From an uncultured Acidimicrobiaceae bacterium (lineage in GTDB: Bacteria; Actinomycetota; Acidimicrobiia; Acidimicrobiales; Bog-793), in contig CAWDPZ010000005.1 in assembly GCA_963804265.1 (NCBI GenBank), positions 6,799 to 70,798 on the forward strand: a stretch of 64,000 nt of DNA. The letters run 5' to 3'. The translations under genes were made by a program, and so were the position numbers. Below are positions 40,184-49,961 of the stretch, one piece after another. Under the pieces are notes generated by a model. The model was not told where the DNA came from. It ran no database searches and saw only the letters and a program-made list of their open reading frames with translations. Every line of letters begins with the position of its first letter. The first letter of the stretch is position 1.

Positions 40184-40212
40184 TGACGGACCATCACCTC
40201 CGGGTTAAGGTC
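40184..40212 (+). promoter_or_regulatory. Promoter candidate TTGACG-N17-TAAGGT
   Basis: Read directly, about 165 nt upstream of the GTG start at 40376. Confidence 0.35.
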
Positions 40213-40375
40213 GGGTGGAATCGATTGTTGGACCCTGGCCAGGGAAGCGACGGAGCTCGCGCCACGACAGCCGTGGTCATGCGATCGTGCCGCGTTCCGT
40301 GTCCGCCCCGTCGTGCGGGCGCAACAGCGGAACCTGGGCCGCAGCTGAAGCTCGAGGGACGGGGGAGGGAGCGAC

Positions 40376-41221
40376 GTGAAGCTATCTTGCGCCGACTACA
40401 CGTGGCCGGCACTCGGGCACAAGGCCGTCATGGCCGTCGTGGCGGACCTCGGTTTCACGGGCATCGATCTCGGCGTGTTCGGCGACGACACGCAGGTCAA
40501 GCTGAGCTCGGTCGTCCATGACCCGGCCGCCGAGGCGGCGCGAGTGGGTCGGGTGGCAGAGGCGGTGGGTCTCGCCATTGCGGACGTCTTCTTGATCCCG
40601 GCCAACGACCTCGAGAACCTGGCGCCGAACCATCCCGATCCCGCCGTCCGGGAGGCTTCCCTGGCCCTCTACCGCAGCACGCTCGCCTTCGCCCGGGCCC
40701 TCGGCGCACCCGGGGTCACCGTGCTGCCCGGGGTCTGCTTCGACGGCGAGAGCGTCGGGCAGGCGATCGCCCGCGCCTCGGAGGACCTCGGTCGACGGGT
40801 CGAGCTAGCCGACGCGCTCGGCCTCAGGTTGTCGATCGAGGGCCACAGCGGGTCGTGCGTGGAGACGCCGGAGGACTTCGCCGACCTGCTCGAGCGCACC
40901 CCGGGCCTGCTGGCGACGCTCGACCCGTCCCACTACGCCTATGCCGGCTACTCGGCCCCGGACCTCGACCCGCTCGTGCCCCGCACCGGCCACGTGCAGA
41001 TCCGCCCGTCCGGTCGCGGCCTGATGCAGGGTCGCCTCCCCGACAACACCTTCGATCTCGAGCATCTGGTGGCCTCGCTCAAGGCCGGCGGCTACGGCGG
41101 CTGGGTGGCGACCGAGTTCGTGTGGATGGAGAAGTGGTCGTGCGACCGCGTCGACAACACGAGCGAGACGGCACGGCTGATGCAATATCTGTCCGAGCTC
41201 GGCCAGCGGGCCGGGCTCTAG
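40376..41221 (+). CDS. Sugar phosphate isomerase/epimerase (xylose isomerase-like TIM barrel) family protein
   Basis: Intact 281-aa ORF (LGFTGIDLGVF...GAPGVTVLPG...LRLSIEGHSGS...GYGGWVATEFVW). Confidence 0.8.
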   Translation: MKLSCADYTWPALGHKAVMAVVADLGFTGIDLGVFGDDTQVKLSSVVHDPAAEAARVGRVAEAVGLAIADVFLIPANDLENLAPNHPDPAVREASLALYRSTLAFARALGAPGVTVLPGVCFDGESVGQAIARASEDLGRRVELADALGLRLSIEGHSGSCVETPEDFADLLERTPGLLATLDPSHYAYAGYSAPDLDPLVPRTGHVQIRPSGRGLMQGRLPDNTFDLEHLVASLKAGGYGGWVATEFVWMEKWSCDRVDNTSETARLMQYLSELGQRAGL

Positions 41222-41236
41222 GAAGGAGCGCGCAAA

Positions 41237-42644
41237 GTGGCTTCCACGACCAAGGCCGCACCGGGCGACCTGCTCGCCGGCGTCGCCCGGATCGACATCA
41301 CACCGCCGATGCCGGCCGATTGCATGGGCTTCGTGCGCCGGGCGGCGCCCGCGACCGGCGTGCTCGCGCCACTGACGGCGACCGCTCTCGTGCTCGAGGA
41401 CTCAAATGGCCGGCGCTGCCGTGATAGTCGCCATGGACCTCGTCGCGATCGGGATGGCCCAGGCCGAGCGCATCCGCGAGATGGTCGGTGAGGCCGTCGG
41501 CGCCTCTCCCGACGCGGTGTTCTTGAACTACAGCCACACCCATGCCGGCCCGCACGTGACCGAAGGCTCGCTCCGCAAGCTCGGCGGCTCGATGCGGACG
41601 ATCTTCGAGAAGGAGCGGCTCTACATAGCGAGCCTTCCCTACGAGCTCGTGGGCGTGGCGACGATGGCGGCTCGGGACCTCGAGCCCGTCCGGCTCGCCG
41701 GAGGTTCGATCGCCGTGCCGGGGATATCGGCGAACCGGCGGGAGCGGACGGCGGACGGTCGGACGATCCTCGGGTGGAACCCTGACGAGCCGCTCGACGA
41801 CGAGCTGATCGTGCTCAAGCTGGCCAAAAAGGACGGCAATCCTCTGGCCGTCGTGGCGAACTTCGCCTGCCACCCGGTGGTGCTGGGAGGCGAGAACCCC
41901 AACGTCGGGCCCGACTTCCCCGGGGCATTGCGGGAGCTCGTGGAGCGCAATCTCGGCGGGAAGTGCTTGTTCTTGGCGGGGGCGGCCGGCAACGTGCTGC
42001 CCCTGGAAGGCTTCCACGAGGAGGAAGGCCCCGAGATCGTCTTCGGTGAGCGCCTCGGCTACGCCGCGTTGCACGTGGCGGCGCAGACCTTCCCCTACGT
42101 GACGCACATCGAGAAGCTGGACTACGGCTCTGTGACGCCGATCTCGCTCTACCGCCGGGTGCTGGACGATCCGCAAAAGCCGCAACCCATATCGTGGGGT
42201 GCGGTACGGGCCGAGCTGCCGCTGAAACCGCTCCCGAGCCTCGCGGACGTGGAGAAGCTCCTCGACGAGTACCGCGCCAACCTGCAGCGCGCCGTCGACG
42301 CCGGCCGCCCCCAGGCCGAGCTGAACCCGCTCGACTACCACGTGCAGTGGGCCGAGCACTCGGTCGACCGGCTGAAGTCCGGGGAGGAGATCGAGACCTC
42401 GGTGACCGCCTACGTGCAGGCCATCCGCATCGGCGACGTGGCCATCGTCGGGCTGCCGGGGGAGCCCTTCAACGAGATCGGGCGGGCCGTGAAGGACCGC
42501 TCGAGCGCCCCGTTCACCTTGTTCGCCGGTTATTCGAACGGCTATATCGGCTACTTCCCGACCGCGGCCGAGTACCCCTACGGGGGCTACGAGCCGTCCT
42601 ACTCGCACCACAACACCGAGCTGCTCGAGCAGGTCGCGCCCTGA
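41237..42644 (+). pseudogene. Neutral/alkaline ceramidase-like hydrolase (family assignment tentative), one frame disruption
   Basis: A GTG at 41237 follows AGGAAGGAG. LLAGVARIDITPPMPADCMGF...ATALVLEDS shifts near 41410 into 41406..42644 (AAVIVAMDLVAIG...LNYSHTHAGP...VANFACHPVVLGG...GYSNGYIGYFPT). Confidence 0.55.
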
Positions 42645-42766
42645 GAGCGAGGCGATCCTCGTGCGTTCCTGCCTCGAGGCCGTTGCCCTGGCTTTTTCCG
42701 AGGGCCGCCCGTGACCGCCCGCGGCAAGAAGGCCGCAGTCGCCCACGAAGCAACGGACGGCCCGAC

Positions 42767-43534
42767 ATGAGCTGGGACGCCGGCGCCGGGCTCAAGGGAA
42801 AACGCGTCGTCGTGACGGGTGCCGCCGGCACGATCGGCGCTGCCGTTGTGCGTGCCTTCGCGGGCGCCGAGGCCCGTGTCTGCCTCGTGGACGTGGCCCT
42901 CGGGCCGATAGAGGACCTGCGCGGCACGCTCGCCGATCCCGGGACGCACATCGCCCTCGCATGTGACCTCTGCGCCGTCGCGGAGATGGAGTCGATGTTC
43001 GACGAGGTGCGCTCTTTGTTCGGCGGCCTCGACGTCCTCGTGCATGTCGCCGGGGTCCTCGCGAGGACCCAGGTGGAGGACGTGACGGAGGAGATCTGGG
43101 ACTGGCACCTCGACAACAACTTGAAGGCGACCTTCTTCGTCGACCGGGCCGCGGCGCGCCTCATGCGCGAAGGCGGGAAAGGCGGCCGGATCATCAATTT
43201 CGCCTCGGACGCCTGGTGGACCGGCGGCCTCCACGCCGCCACCGCCTACGCGGCTTCGAAAGGTGGCGTCGTCTCGGTGTCGCGGGGCCTGGCGAAAGCC
43301 TTCGCCCACGACGGGATCACCGTGAACTGCGTCGCGCCGGGGACCGTTGACAGCCGCATGCTGCGCTCGGGCCTCTCGGAATACCAGATCGCCCACATGA
43401 CCGACGTCATCCCGCTCGGGCGTCTCGCACAGCCCGAGGATGTGGCGGCGGCGACGGTGTTCCTCGCTTCTGACCACGCCGGCTTCATCACCGCCACGAC
43501 GTTGAACGTTTCGGGGGGCGAGCTGATCTACTGA
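42767..43534 (+). CDS. Short-chain dehydrogenase/reductase
   Basis: ATG at 42767. The sequence reads LKGKRVVVTGAAGTIGAAVVRAF...VLVHVAGV...ATAYAASKGGVVSVSRGLA...NVSGGELIY and is intact. Confidence 0.9.
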   Translation: MSWDAGAGLKGKRVVVTGAAGTIGAAVVRAFAGAEARVCLVDVALGPIEDLRGTLADPGTHIALACDLCAVAEMESMFDEVRSLFGGLDVLVHVAGVLARTQVEDVTEEIWDWHLDNNLKATFFVDRAAARLMREGGKGGRIINFASDAWWTGGLHAATAYAASKGGVVSVSRGLAKAFAHDGITVNCVAPGTVDSRMLRSGLSEYQIAHMTDVIPLGRLAQPEDVAAATVFLASDHAGFITATTLNVSGGELIY

Positions 43535-43669
43535 GGAGGGAGCCCTTGGGCTTGGCGGCCGGAGCGACCGGTCAGGTTGGGAATCGATTCCGCCGACCGC
43601 CCGGGGCAGGAGTGATTTCGCATTGTCGTGACGGGGCCGCCGGGCATCGTCGAGGAGAGGAGCCATCGA

Positions 43670-44798
43670 GTGAAGATCACGAAGGTCGACGCGATTCCGG
43701 TCGCCTACCCGGAGCCGAACGACTGCGACGCCACGCGGTATCTGGTCTTCTGCCGGCTCGAGACGGCCGACGGCGTCGTCGGGTGGGGTGAGGCGATCAC
43801 CCAGTTCCCCGAGTCGACCAGAGCCACGGCCGTGCTCCTGGACGGCCTCTCCGAGGTGCTCGTCGGCCGGGACCCCTTGCAGCACCTGGCGATCTGGGAG
43901 GACCTCATCAAGCGGTCCTGGTGGTACGGGTACGAAGGGGGGCTCGCCTGGTTCGCCATCAGCGCCATCGACGTCGCCCTCTGGGACCTCAAGGGCAAGA
44001 TCCTCGGGGCATCGGTGAGCGAGCTCATCGGGGGAGCGGTGCGGACCGAGCTGCCCGTGATCGCCTCCACGCACGCCTTCAACCCGAGCCTGGACTTCGA
44101 GATCGAGCGCCACGGGCGGTATGTGACCGAGGAGAAGTACCAGGGCGTCAAGATCGGCATGGGCAAGAAGGGCGAGGCCCGGCTCGGCTACGAGTTCGAC
44201 CGCGACGTGGCCTTCGTGGCGGGGCTGCGCGAGGCGATCGGCCCCGAGGCGCTCTTGATGATGGACCGGGGCCAGAGCCTGGCTTGGGACGTGGCGACCG
44301 CGATCCGAAGGACGCAGGCTTTCAGCGAGCACGGGCTCACCTGGATGGAGGAACCTCTCGAGCCGACGGACGTGGAAGGCTTCCGCCGCCTGCGCCAGCA
44401 GGTCAGCTGCCTGATCGGCACGGGGGAGCGGGAGTTCACCATGCGCGGCTACCGCCGTGTCGTCGAGAGCGGCATCAGCGACGTCATCGGATTTCGACCC
44501 CGGTCGCGCCGGCGGGATCACGGGGGGTCTGCAGGTGATCGAGCTCGTCGAAGCAGCCGACATCTGGTTCAACGCCCACACCTGGAGCAGCGCCGTCTCT
44601 ACGGCGGCGAGCCTGGCGCTGTCCGCGAGCACGCGCCGTTGCCTCACCTTCGAGCTCAAGCCCTTGGCGAACCCTATGCAGCACGAGCTCGTCCCGGAGC
44701 CGTTTGCCCAGCAAAATGGCTGGATCAGCGTCGGCAAAAAGCCCGGGCTCGGCATCGAGGTCATCGAGCCGGTGCTCGAGAAGTACCGGCTCAAGTAA
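43670..44798 (+). pseudogene. Enolase-superfamily enzyme (mandelate racemase/muconate lactonizing type), one frame disruption
   Basis: A GTG at 43670 follows GAGGAGAGG. VKITKVDAIPVAYP...AISAIDVALWDLKGK...LMMDRGQSL...WMEEPL...GEREF...ISDVI shifts near 44490 into 44457..44798 (DPGRAGGITGGLQV...NAHTWSSAVSTAASLAL). Confidence 0.8.
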
Positions 44799-44832
44799 GC
44801 ACTGCAGCGTCGGGACTTCGGGGAGGGATCAC

Positions 44833-45587
44833 ATGGCCGACAAGTTGCTAGCCGGCAGGCGGGCGATCGTCACCGGCGGCGGCGGTGGGATCGGCTCGGC
44901 GGTCGTGGCCGGGCTGCACGCCTCGGGTGCCGCCGTCGCGGCCGTGGGCCGCTCCGCGAGCGTCCACCACACCGTCGTAGCCCTGCCGCAAGGAGGCCCC
45001 TTCGCGGTGGGCGTCGAGGCGGACCTTTCCGGGCGGAGCGGTTGCGAGGACGGCTTCGCGGGCGCTCGAGCAGCTCGGAGGGCTCGACATCCTCGTGACG
45101 GCGCACGGCCATGTCCGCCCGCAGCCCTCGGCGCTGGTGGACGAGGAGGACTGGGAGCGCACGCTCGCGACGAACCTCACCTCGGTGTTCCGGCTCTCCC
45201 AACTGGCCTTCGCGGAGATGGAGCCGCAGGGCAGGGGCAAGATCATCCACATCGCCTCCATGTACGCCTTCCTCGGCGGTCTCCGGGTCGCCGCCTACGC
45301 CGCCAGCAAAGGCGGCGTAGGCCAGCTCACAAAGAGCCTGGCGATCGAGTGGGCGCCGTCCGGGGTGAACGTGAACGCCATCGCCCCCGGCTACATCAGA
45401 ACCCAGTTGAACCGGCACATCTGGAACGAACCGGAGCGCGCCGCGCAGGTGATCAGGCCGCATTCCCGCCGGCCGGTGGGGCGAGCCCGAAGACCTGCTC
45501 GGCGCGGTGAGGTTCCTCGCCTCCGCCATGTCCGACTACGTCCACGGCATCGTGCTCCCGGTCGATGGCGGCTACCTCGCCCGCTAG
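44833..45587 (+). pseudogene. Short-chain dehydrogenase/reductase (KduD/FabG-like), two frame disruptions
   Basis: ATG at 44833. LAGRRAIVTGGGGGIGSAVVAGL shifts near 45065 to LDILVTAHGHV...IASMYAFLGGLRVAAYAASKGGVGQLTKSLA...NAIAPGYIRT. It then shifts near 45460 to [41 protein letters not shown], ending at TAG 45585-45587 (my own translation). Confidence 0.8.
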
Positions 45588-45699
45588 CGGGCGGCGGGCG
45601 GACCCCCGCCGGCCGCCCTTGTCCGGACCCGGGCGCATGTGAGCGAGTCCGGGTCCGGTCGCGGATCCGCCTGGACCGCCAAGGCCTCCGAGGCTCGGC

Positions 45700-46552
45700 G
45701 TGGACAGCTTCTCCTTCCACCGGTTCTTCGGCGAGACGAACCGGTGGGAGGTGCCGATCGGTCAGCGTTGGGCCCTCGGCGACCTCCTCGCTTACGTCGA
45801 GGGCCTCGGCGCAGACGTGCTCTCTTTGCAGACGATCCACGTCGCGGACAAGAGCGCGCTCGGCGATCGAGCGAGCTGCGCGACGAGCTCGGCCGGATAG
45901 GCGTCGAGTGCATCTACGCCTGGGGTCACCGCAACGGGCTGGAGAACGGCCGCAGCCCCGAGAAGCTCGCCGATGCGCTCGCAGCGGTGCGTGCCGCGAG
46001 CGAGCTCGGCTGCCGCACGGTCCGGGTCGTATGCGGCGACCAGGACTCCTGGAGCAGAGACCGCGGCGACGGGGTCTGCAGATATCCCAGCTGCGGGCGC
46101 CTCTGGCGGATATCGGCCGGGAAGCGGAGCGGCTCGGGCTCGTCGTGGCCGTCGAGAACCACGCCGACCGTCCGGTCGCCGACGTCGTCGACCTCGTCGC
46201 CGGCGTCGGGTCCGCTCACGTCGGCATCTGCCTCGACGTCGGCAACGCCGTCCGGGTGGGCGACGATCCGGTGGAAGCCGTCGAGGCGGCCTCGCCCTGG
46301 ATCGTCATGACGCATCTTCGGGACCTCAGTACCGCCGGCGCCCCGCACGGGGATCCCGCGGGATGGTGGCCGTGCGTGGCCCTCGGCGAGGGCGACCTCG
46401 ACATCCCGGGCATTCTCGGGGCTCTGCAGCGCGCCCCGCGTTGTGATGACTGGGTCGTCGAGATCTCGAACGTCTGGCCCCGCACCTCCGAGCTCGCCGT
46501 CCTCGACGCCAGCCTCGCCTATCTAAGGGCCTGGCTCACCGCCCGGGCTTGA
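45700..46552 (+). pseudogene. Sugar phosphate isomerase/epimerase (TIM barrel) family protein, at least 2 frame disruptions
   Basis: VDSFSFHRFFGE... (45700..45900) leads to ELRDELGRIGVECIYAWGH...GCRTVRVVCGD (45639 frame), then to LGLVVAVENHADRPVADVVDLV...ICLDVGNA...VMTHLRD (45095..46552 frame). The start is uncertain. Confidence 0.65.
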
Positions 46553-47386
46553 CGCGATGGAAGCGGAGAGAGCGGTCGTCACGGTGCCGTCCGACTTCCT
46601 CGCCTCGAGGAGGCACGAGGTGTCGTCCTCCCGCAGGATGTAGACGTCGACCCCTTCGCCGTCGAACACCGCAGCCTTCGAGCGGAACTCGAGGGTGAGC
46701 GACGATCCGAGCTCCCGCTCGGCCTCGCGGGCGAGCAGCATCGTGAGCAGCGGACCGTGCACGACGAGACCGGGGTAGCCCTCCTCGCCGGTCGCATAGC
46801 CGCGGTCGTAGTGGATCCGGTGCGAATTCCACGTCGCGGCCGAGAAACGGAAGAGAGCGACTGAGCTGAACTCGACATGGCGGACGACCTCCCAGGAACC
46901 CTGGGCTGTTTGCGGTGCCTCGCCGGCTCGGGCGCCCGGGCTCGCCGGCCTTTGCTCTTCGGTCCTCGCCGGCAGGTAGACGAGCGACTGCATCTCCTCG
47001 AGCGCGGTGGCCCCGCTCTGGAGGTAGGTGTGGCGCCACTGGCACACGACGAGGTCGCCGCTTCGCCCGTGGTGCTCGCGCATCTCGACGATCTCGGAGA
47101 GCTTCTCCGCCGGCTCCCCGACGACGAGTCCTCTCAGCTGCTGCACCCTGCCGCCGCCCGCCATGCGGCGCGGGAATCTCTGCGCCAGCTCGTCGTCCCG
47201 GCGCGGGTGCCCGTCCGGGCCGAGCTCGGCGAGCGGCGCGAGCTCGGGGAAATACGCCCAGTGCCACAGCGCCGGCAGGAGGTCGCCCCCCTCGAAGCGC
47301 CTCCCGGGCCCGACCGCGGAGGCCAGCCTCTCGGCGACCTCGGGCGACATCGAATCGGTGCGGGTCAGACGGGCCTCCGTGCTCAA
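46523..47386 (-). CDS. MaoC-like double hot-dog acyl dehydratase/enoyl-CoA hydratase
   Basis: LPALWHWAYFPE...GGRVQQLRGLVVGE...VALFRFSAATWNSHRIHYDRGYATGEEGYPGLVVHGPLLTMLLA. The start is TTG at 47386 or ATG at 47350. The 3' end overlaps the convergent TIM-barrel gene by about 30 nt. Confidence 0.75.
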   Translation of the reverse strand: MSTEARLTRTDSMSPEVAERLASAVGPGRRFEGGDLLPALWHWAYFPELAPLAELGPDGHPRRDDELAQRFPRRMAGGGRVQQLRGLVVGEPAEKLSEIVEMREHHGRSGDLVVCQWRHTYLQSGATALEEMQSLVYLPARTEEQRPASPGARAGEAPQTAQGSWEVVRHVEFSSVALFRFSAATWNSHRIHYDRGYATGEEGYPGLVVHGPLLTMLLAREAERELGSSLTLEFRSKAAVFDGEGVDVYILREDDTSCLLEARKSDGTVTTALSASIASSPGGEPGP

Positions 47387-47420
47387 AGAACCCGGCCTCT
47401 TGCCGTGGTGGCGGGCCGCC

Positions 47421-48492
47421 TCACCGCGCCGCGGCCCTCCTCGCCGCCACGCGCTGGTGAGCCTCGGCACGGGGGCGCTGGGTCGATTCGCGTTGTACGT
47501 AGTAGGTGGGCAGCACGATGCTGCGCAGGGGCGAGTCGCTCTCCTCGAGGCGGGCGAGGAGCAGCTCGGCGGCGACCGTGCCCATCTTCTCGGCGTCACG
47601 GGCGACCACGCTCACCGGCGGGTCCATCAGGCGGAGCAGCTCGACGTCGTCACAGATCACGAGGGAGACGTCCTCCCCGTGGCGCAGCCCGCGTTCGTTC
47701 AGTGCCGCCAGCGTGCCGACCCCGAGCTGCGAGTTCCCGGCGATGATGGCTGTCGGCGGCTTGTCACGGTCGAGCAGGCTCGTGGCGGCGTTGAAGCCGT
47801 CGTCGCGTGAGTAGGAGCTGACCTCGGCCACGAAGTCGTCCGAGGAGGAGATGCCGGCCGACATGCAAGCCGCCCGGAAGCCCTTCAACCGCTCGCGCGA
47901 GCCACGCGTCTCGCCCGAGCCCACGATGAGGCTGATCCTGCGGTGGCCGAGCTTCAAGAGGGCCGTCGTCGCCTCGCCCACCCCGGCCGAGTGGTCGAAG
48001 AACACGGCGTCGGAGGCGACCCCCTTGATCTCCCGGTCGAGGAACACGATCGGCGTCGACTGGTTCTTCAACGCCCGCACCGTGTCGGCGTTCGTCTCCG
48101 ACTGCAGGGAGAGGATCAGTCCGTCCACGCGGCGTTGGCGCAGCACGCCGACATGCTTGGCATCGAGCATCGGATCGCCCAGCGAGTTCATGAGGAGTAT
48201 GGAATAGCCGTGGCTCTCCAGCTCCTGTTCGGCTCCCTTGACGATCCCCGCGAAGAGGGGGTTCGAGATGTCGCGCACGACGAAGCCGATGGTCCGTGTG
48301 GCACCGAGGCGGAGGCTCTGGGCGAGGAAGTCCGGCTTGTAGCCGAGCTGCTCGACGGCGTGCATGACGCGGGCGCGCATGTCCGGGCTCACGTCCGGAT
48401 GGTCGTTGAGGGCGGCGCGAGACCGACGAGGCCGCGACCCCGGCCAGGCGCGCCACCTCCTTGATCGTTGCCTGCTGTTCGTTGGGAGCCAT
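47421..48492 (-). pseudogene. LacI-family transcriptional regulator, one frame disruption in the HTH region
   Basis: ATG at 48492. MAPNEQQATIKEVARLAGVAASSVSR (47764..48774 frame) shifts near 48425 to ALNDHPDVSPDMRARVMHAVEQLGYKPDFLAQSLR...IGFVVRDISNPLF... (47421..48392 frame). Confidence 0.85.
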
Positions 48493-48510
48493 CAGCCTTC
48501 CGAGGGACTG

Positions 48511-48600
48511 CCGTCTGTGTGGTGCCGGTCTGTATGGGCAGGTCTGTGTGGTGCAGGTCTGTGCTGTCCCGGCCTTCGCGGTGCCGGCCTGTGTAGTGCC
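48511..48600. repeat. Six tandem degenerate 15-bp units, consensus GGTCTGTGTGGTGC(C/A)
   Basis: The units are at 48511-25, 48526-40, 48541-55, 48556-70, 48571-85 and 48586-600, read directly. The array lies 19-108 nt upstream of the LacI-family start codon. Confidence 0.8.
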
Positions 48601-48627
48601 AAATAATACGTGCGCCGCGGCGCGACG
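48601..48627 (-). terminator. Candidate intrinsic terminator after the lipoyl-carrier gene
   Basis: On the minus strand there is a GC hairpin around the GCGCCGCGGCGC palindrome (48609-48627). It is followed by UAUUAUUU (forward AAATAATA, 48601-48608). The stem is short. Confidence 0.35.
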
Positions 48628-48691
48628 CCGGGTGATGCGGTCCCGGGTGGGCGCCCACGGTCTGCTGCCGGGCCGCCGGACGTGCCACGGC

Positions 48692-48928
48692 TCAGCTCTC
48701 GATGACGCAGACGGGCGCCCCGACGTCGACCTCGTCGCCCTCCGAAGCGAGGTGCTCGACGACGGTGCCGGCAACGGGTGAGGGCACCTCGATCGTGACC
48801 TTGTCGGTCTCGACGACCATCAGGGTCGAGCCGACCTCGACGCGCTCGCCCACCGAGGCCGTCCATTCCGCGATGAGCGCGGTTTGTGTGGTGTCTCCCG
48901 GGCGGGGGAGTTTGACGATATGACGCAT
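48692..48928 (-). CDS. Free-standing lipoyl-attachment domain protein (78 aa)
   Basis: ATG at 48928. MRHIVKLPRPGDTTQTALIAEWTASVGERVEVGSTLMVVETDKVTIEVPSPVAGTVVEHL carries the lipoyl-lysine motif ETDK. It has no E2 catalytic domain. It starts 5 nt after the E1 alpha stop. Confidence 0.8.
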   Translation of the reverse strand: MRHIVKLPRPGDTTQTALIAEWTASVGERVEVGSTLMVVETDKVTIEVPSPVAGTVVEHLASEGDEVDVGAPVCVIES

Positions 48929-48933
48929 GGTTC

Positions 48934-49961
48934 TCAGCTCTCCGAGGCGGCTACGCGGGTGAACATGTGGGCAGTGGTTGGCCGGGGACTTTCCAGCACC
49001 CGGGCGAGCGTTGCCTCGAGGGCTGCCCGCTGTTCGGCCCAGATGCGCTCGATGCCGTCCTCGTCGAGGGTGCCGGCGGCCACGAGCTTGTCGCCGTAGA
49101 GCCTTATCGGGTCCCGCTCGAGCCACGCCTCGAGCTCGCCCTCGGGGCGGTAGGTCGCCTTGTCCGAGCGCGAGTGGCCTGAATAGCGGTAGGTCTTGGC
49201 TTCGAGGAAGCTCGGGCCGTCTCCTGTCGGGCCCGGGCGGCCGCCCGTTCGACGGCGTCGCGGACGGCGTCGACGTCCTGGCCGTCGACGGTCTCGCTCG
49301 GGATGGCGTAGCCCGCTGCCCGCAGCGCCAGGTCGGCCACGGGGGTGGTCCGGTTGATGCGGGAGTACTCGCCGTAGAGGTTGTTCTCGCACACGAACAC
49401 GACGGGAAGCCGCCAGATCGACGCCAGGTTGAGCCCCTCGTGGAATCCGCCGATGTTCGTCGCTCCGTCGCCGAAGACTGAGACCGCGACCCGGTCCGTT
49501 CCGAGAACCTGTGCCGTCAGGGCGGCCCCGGCCGCGACCGGGACGCTCGCCCCGACGATCGCCATCGTCGGCAGCAGTCCGACGGAGGGGTCGCTCAGGT
49601 GCATCGAGCCGCCGAGGCCGCCCATGCACCCGATCTGGCGGCCGAGGATCTCGCCGAGCACGGCTTCGGGCAGCATCCCGAGAGCAAGGGCGATGCCGTG
49701 ACCGCGATAGGTGCACACGACAGTGTCGTCAGGACGCGTGGCTCCTGCGATGCCCAGGGCGACGGCCTCCTGGCCCTGGGAGGTGTGCGTCGTGCCCGGG
49801 ATGAGCCCTTCTCCGAACAGCTCTATCACCCGGTCCTCGATGAGTCGGATCTCGATCATGCGCCCGAGGCAGGCCGCCTTGTCGCTCGTGACCGCCTGGC
49901 GCCTGGCGATGGTGCTCGAGTGCGAGATGGCCTGACCGCTTTCGATCCCGGAAGTGCTCAT
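48934..49961 (-). pseudogene. Thiamine-diphosphate-dependent 2-oxoacid/acetoin dehydrogenase E1 alpha subunit, one frame disruption
   Basis: ATG at 49961 follows a GAAGGAG RBS. CTYRGHGIALALG...GGSMHL...VFGDGATNIGGFHEGLNLASIWRLPVVFVCENNLYGEYS shifts near 49215 into the 48934..49716 frame (PSFLEAKTYRYSGHSRSDKATYRPEGELEAW). Confidence 0.85.

Noticed and set aside
48601-48610. The AT-rich AAATAATACG read as a -10 box (TATTAT on the minus strand) for the LacI gene.
   Set aside because: There is no acceptable -35 at 16-18 nt. On the minus strand the tract directly follows a GC hairpin, which fits a terminator T-tract for the upstream lipoyl-carrier gene better. I keep it only as a terminator candidate.
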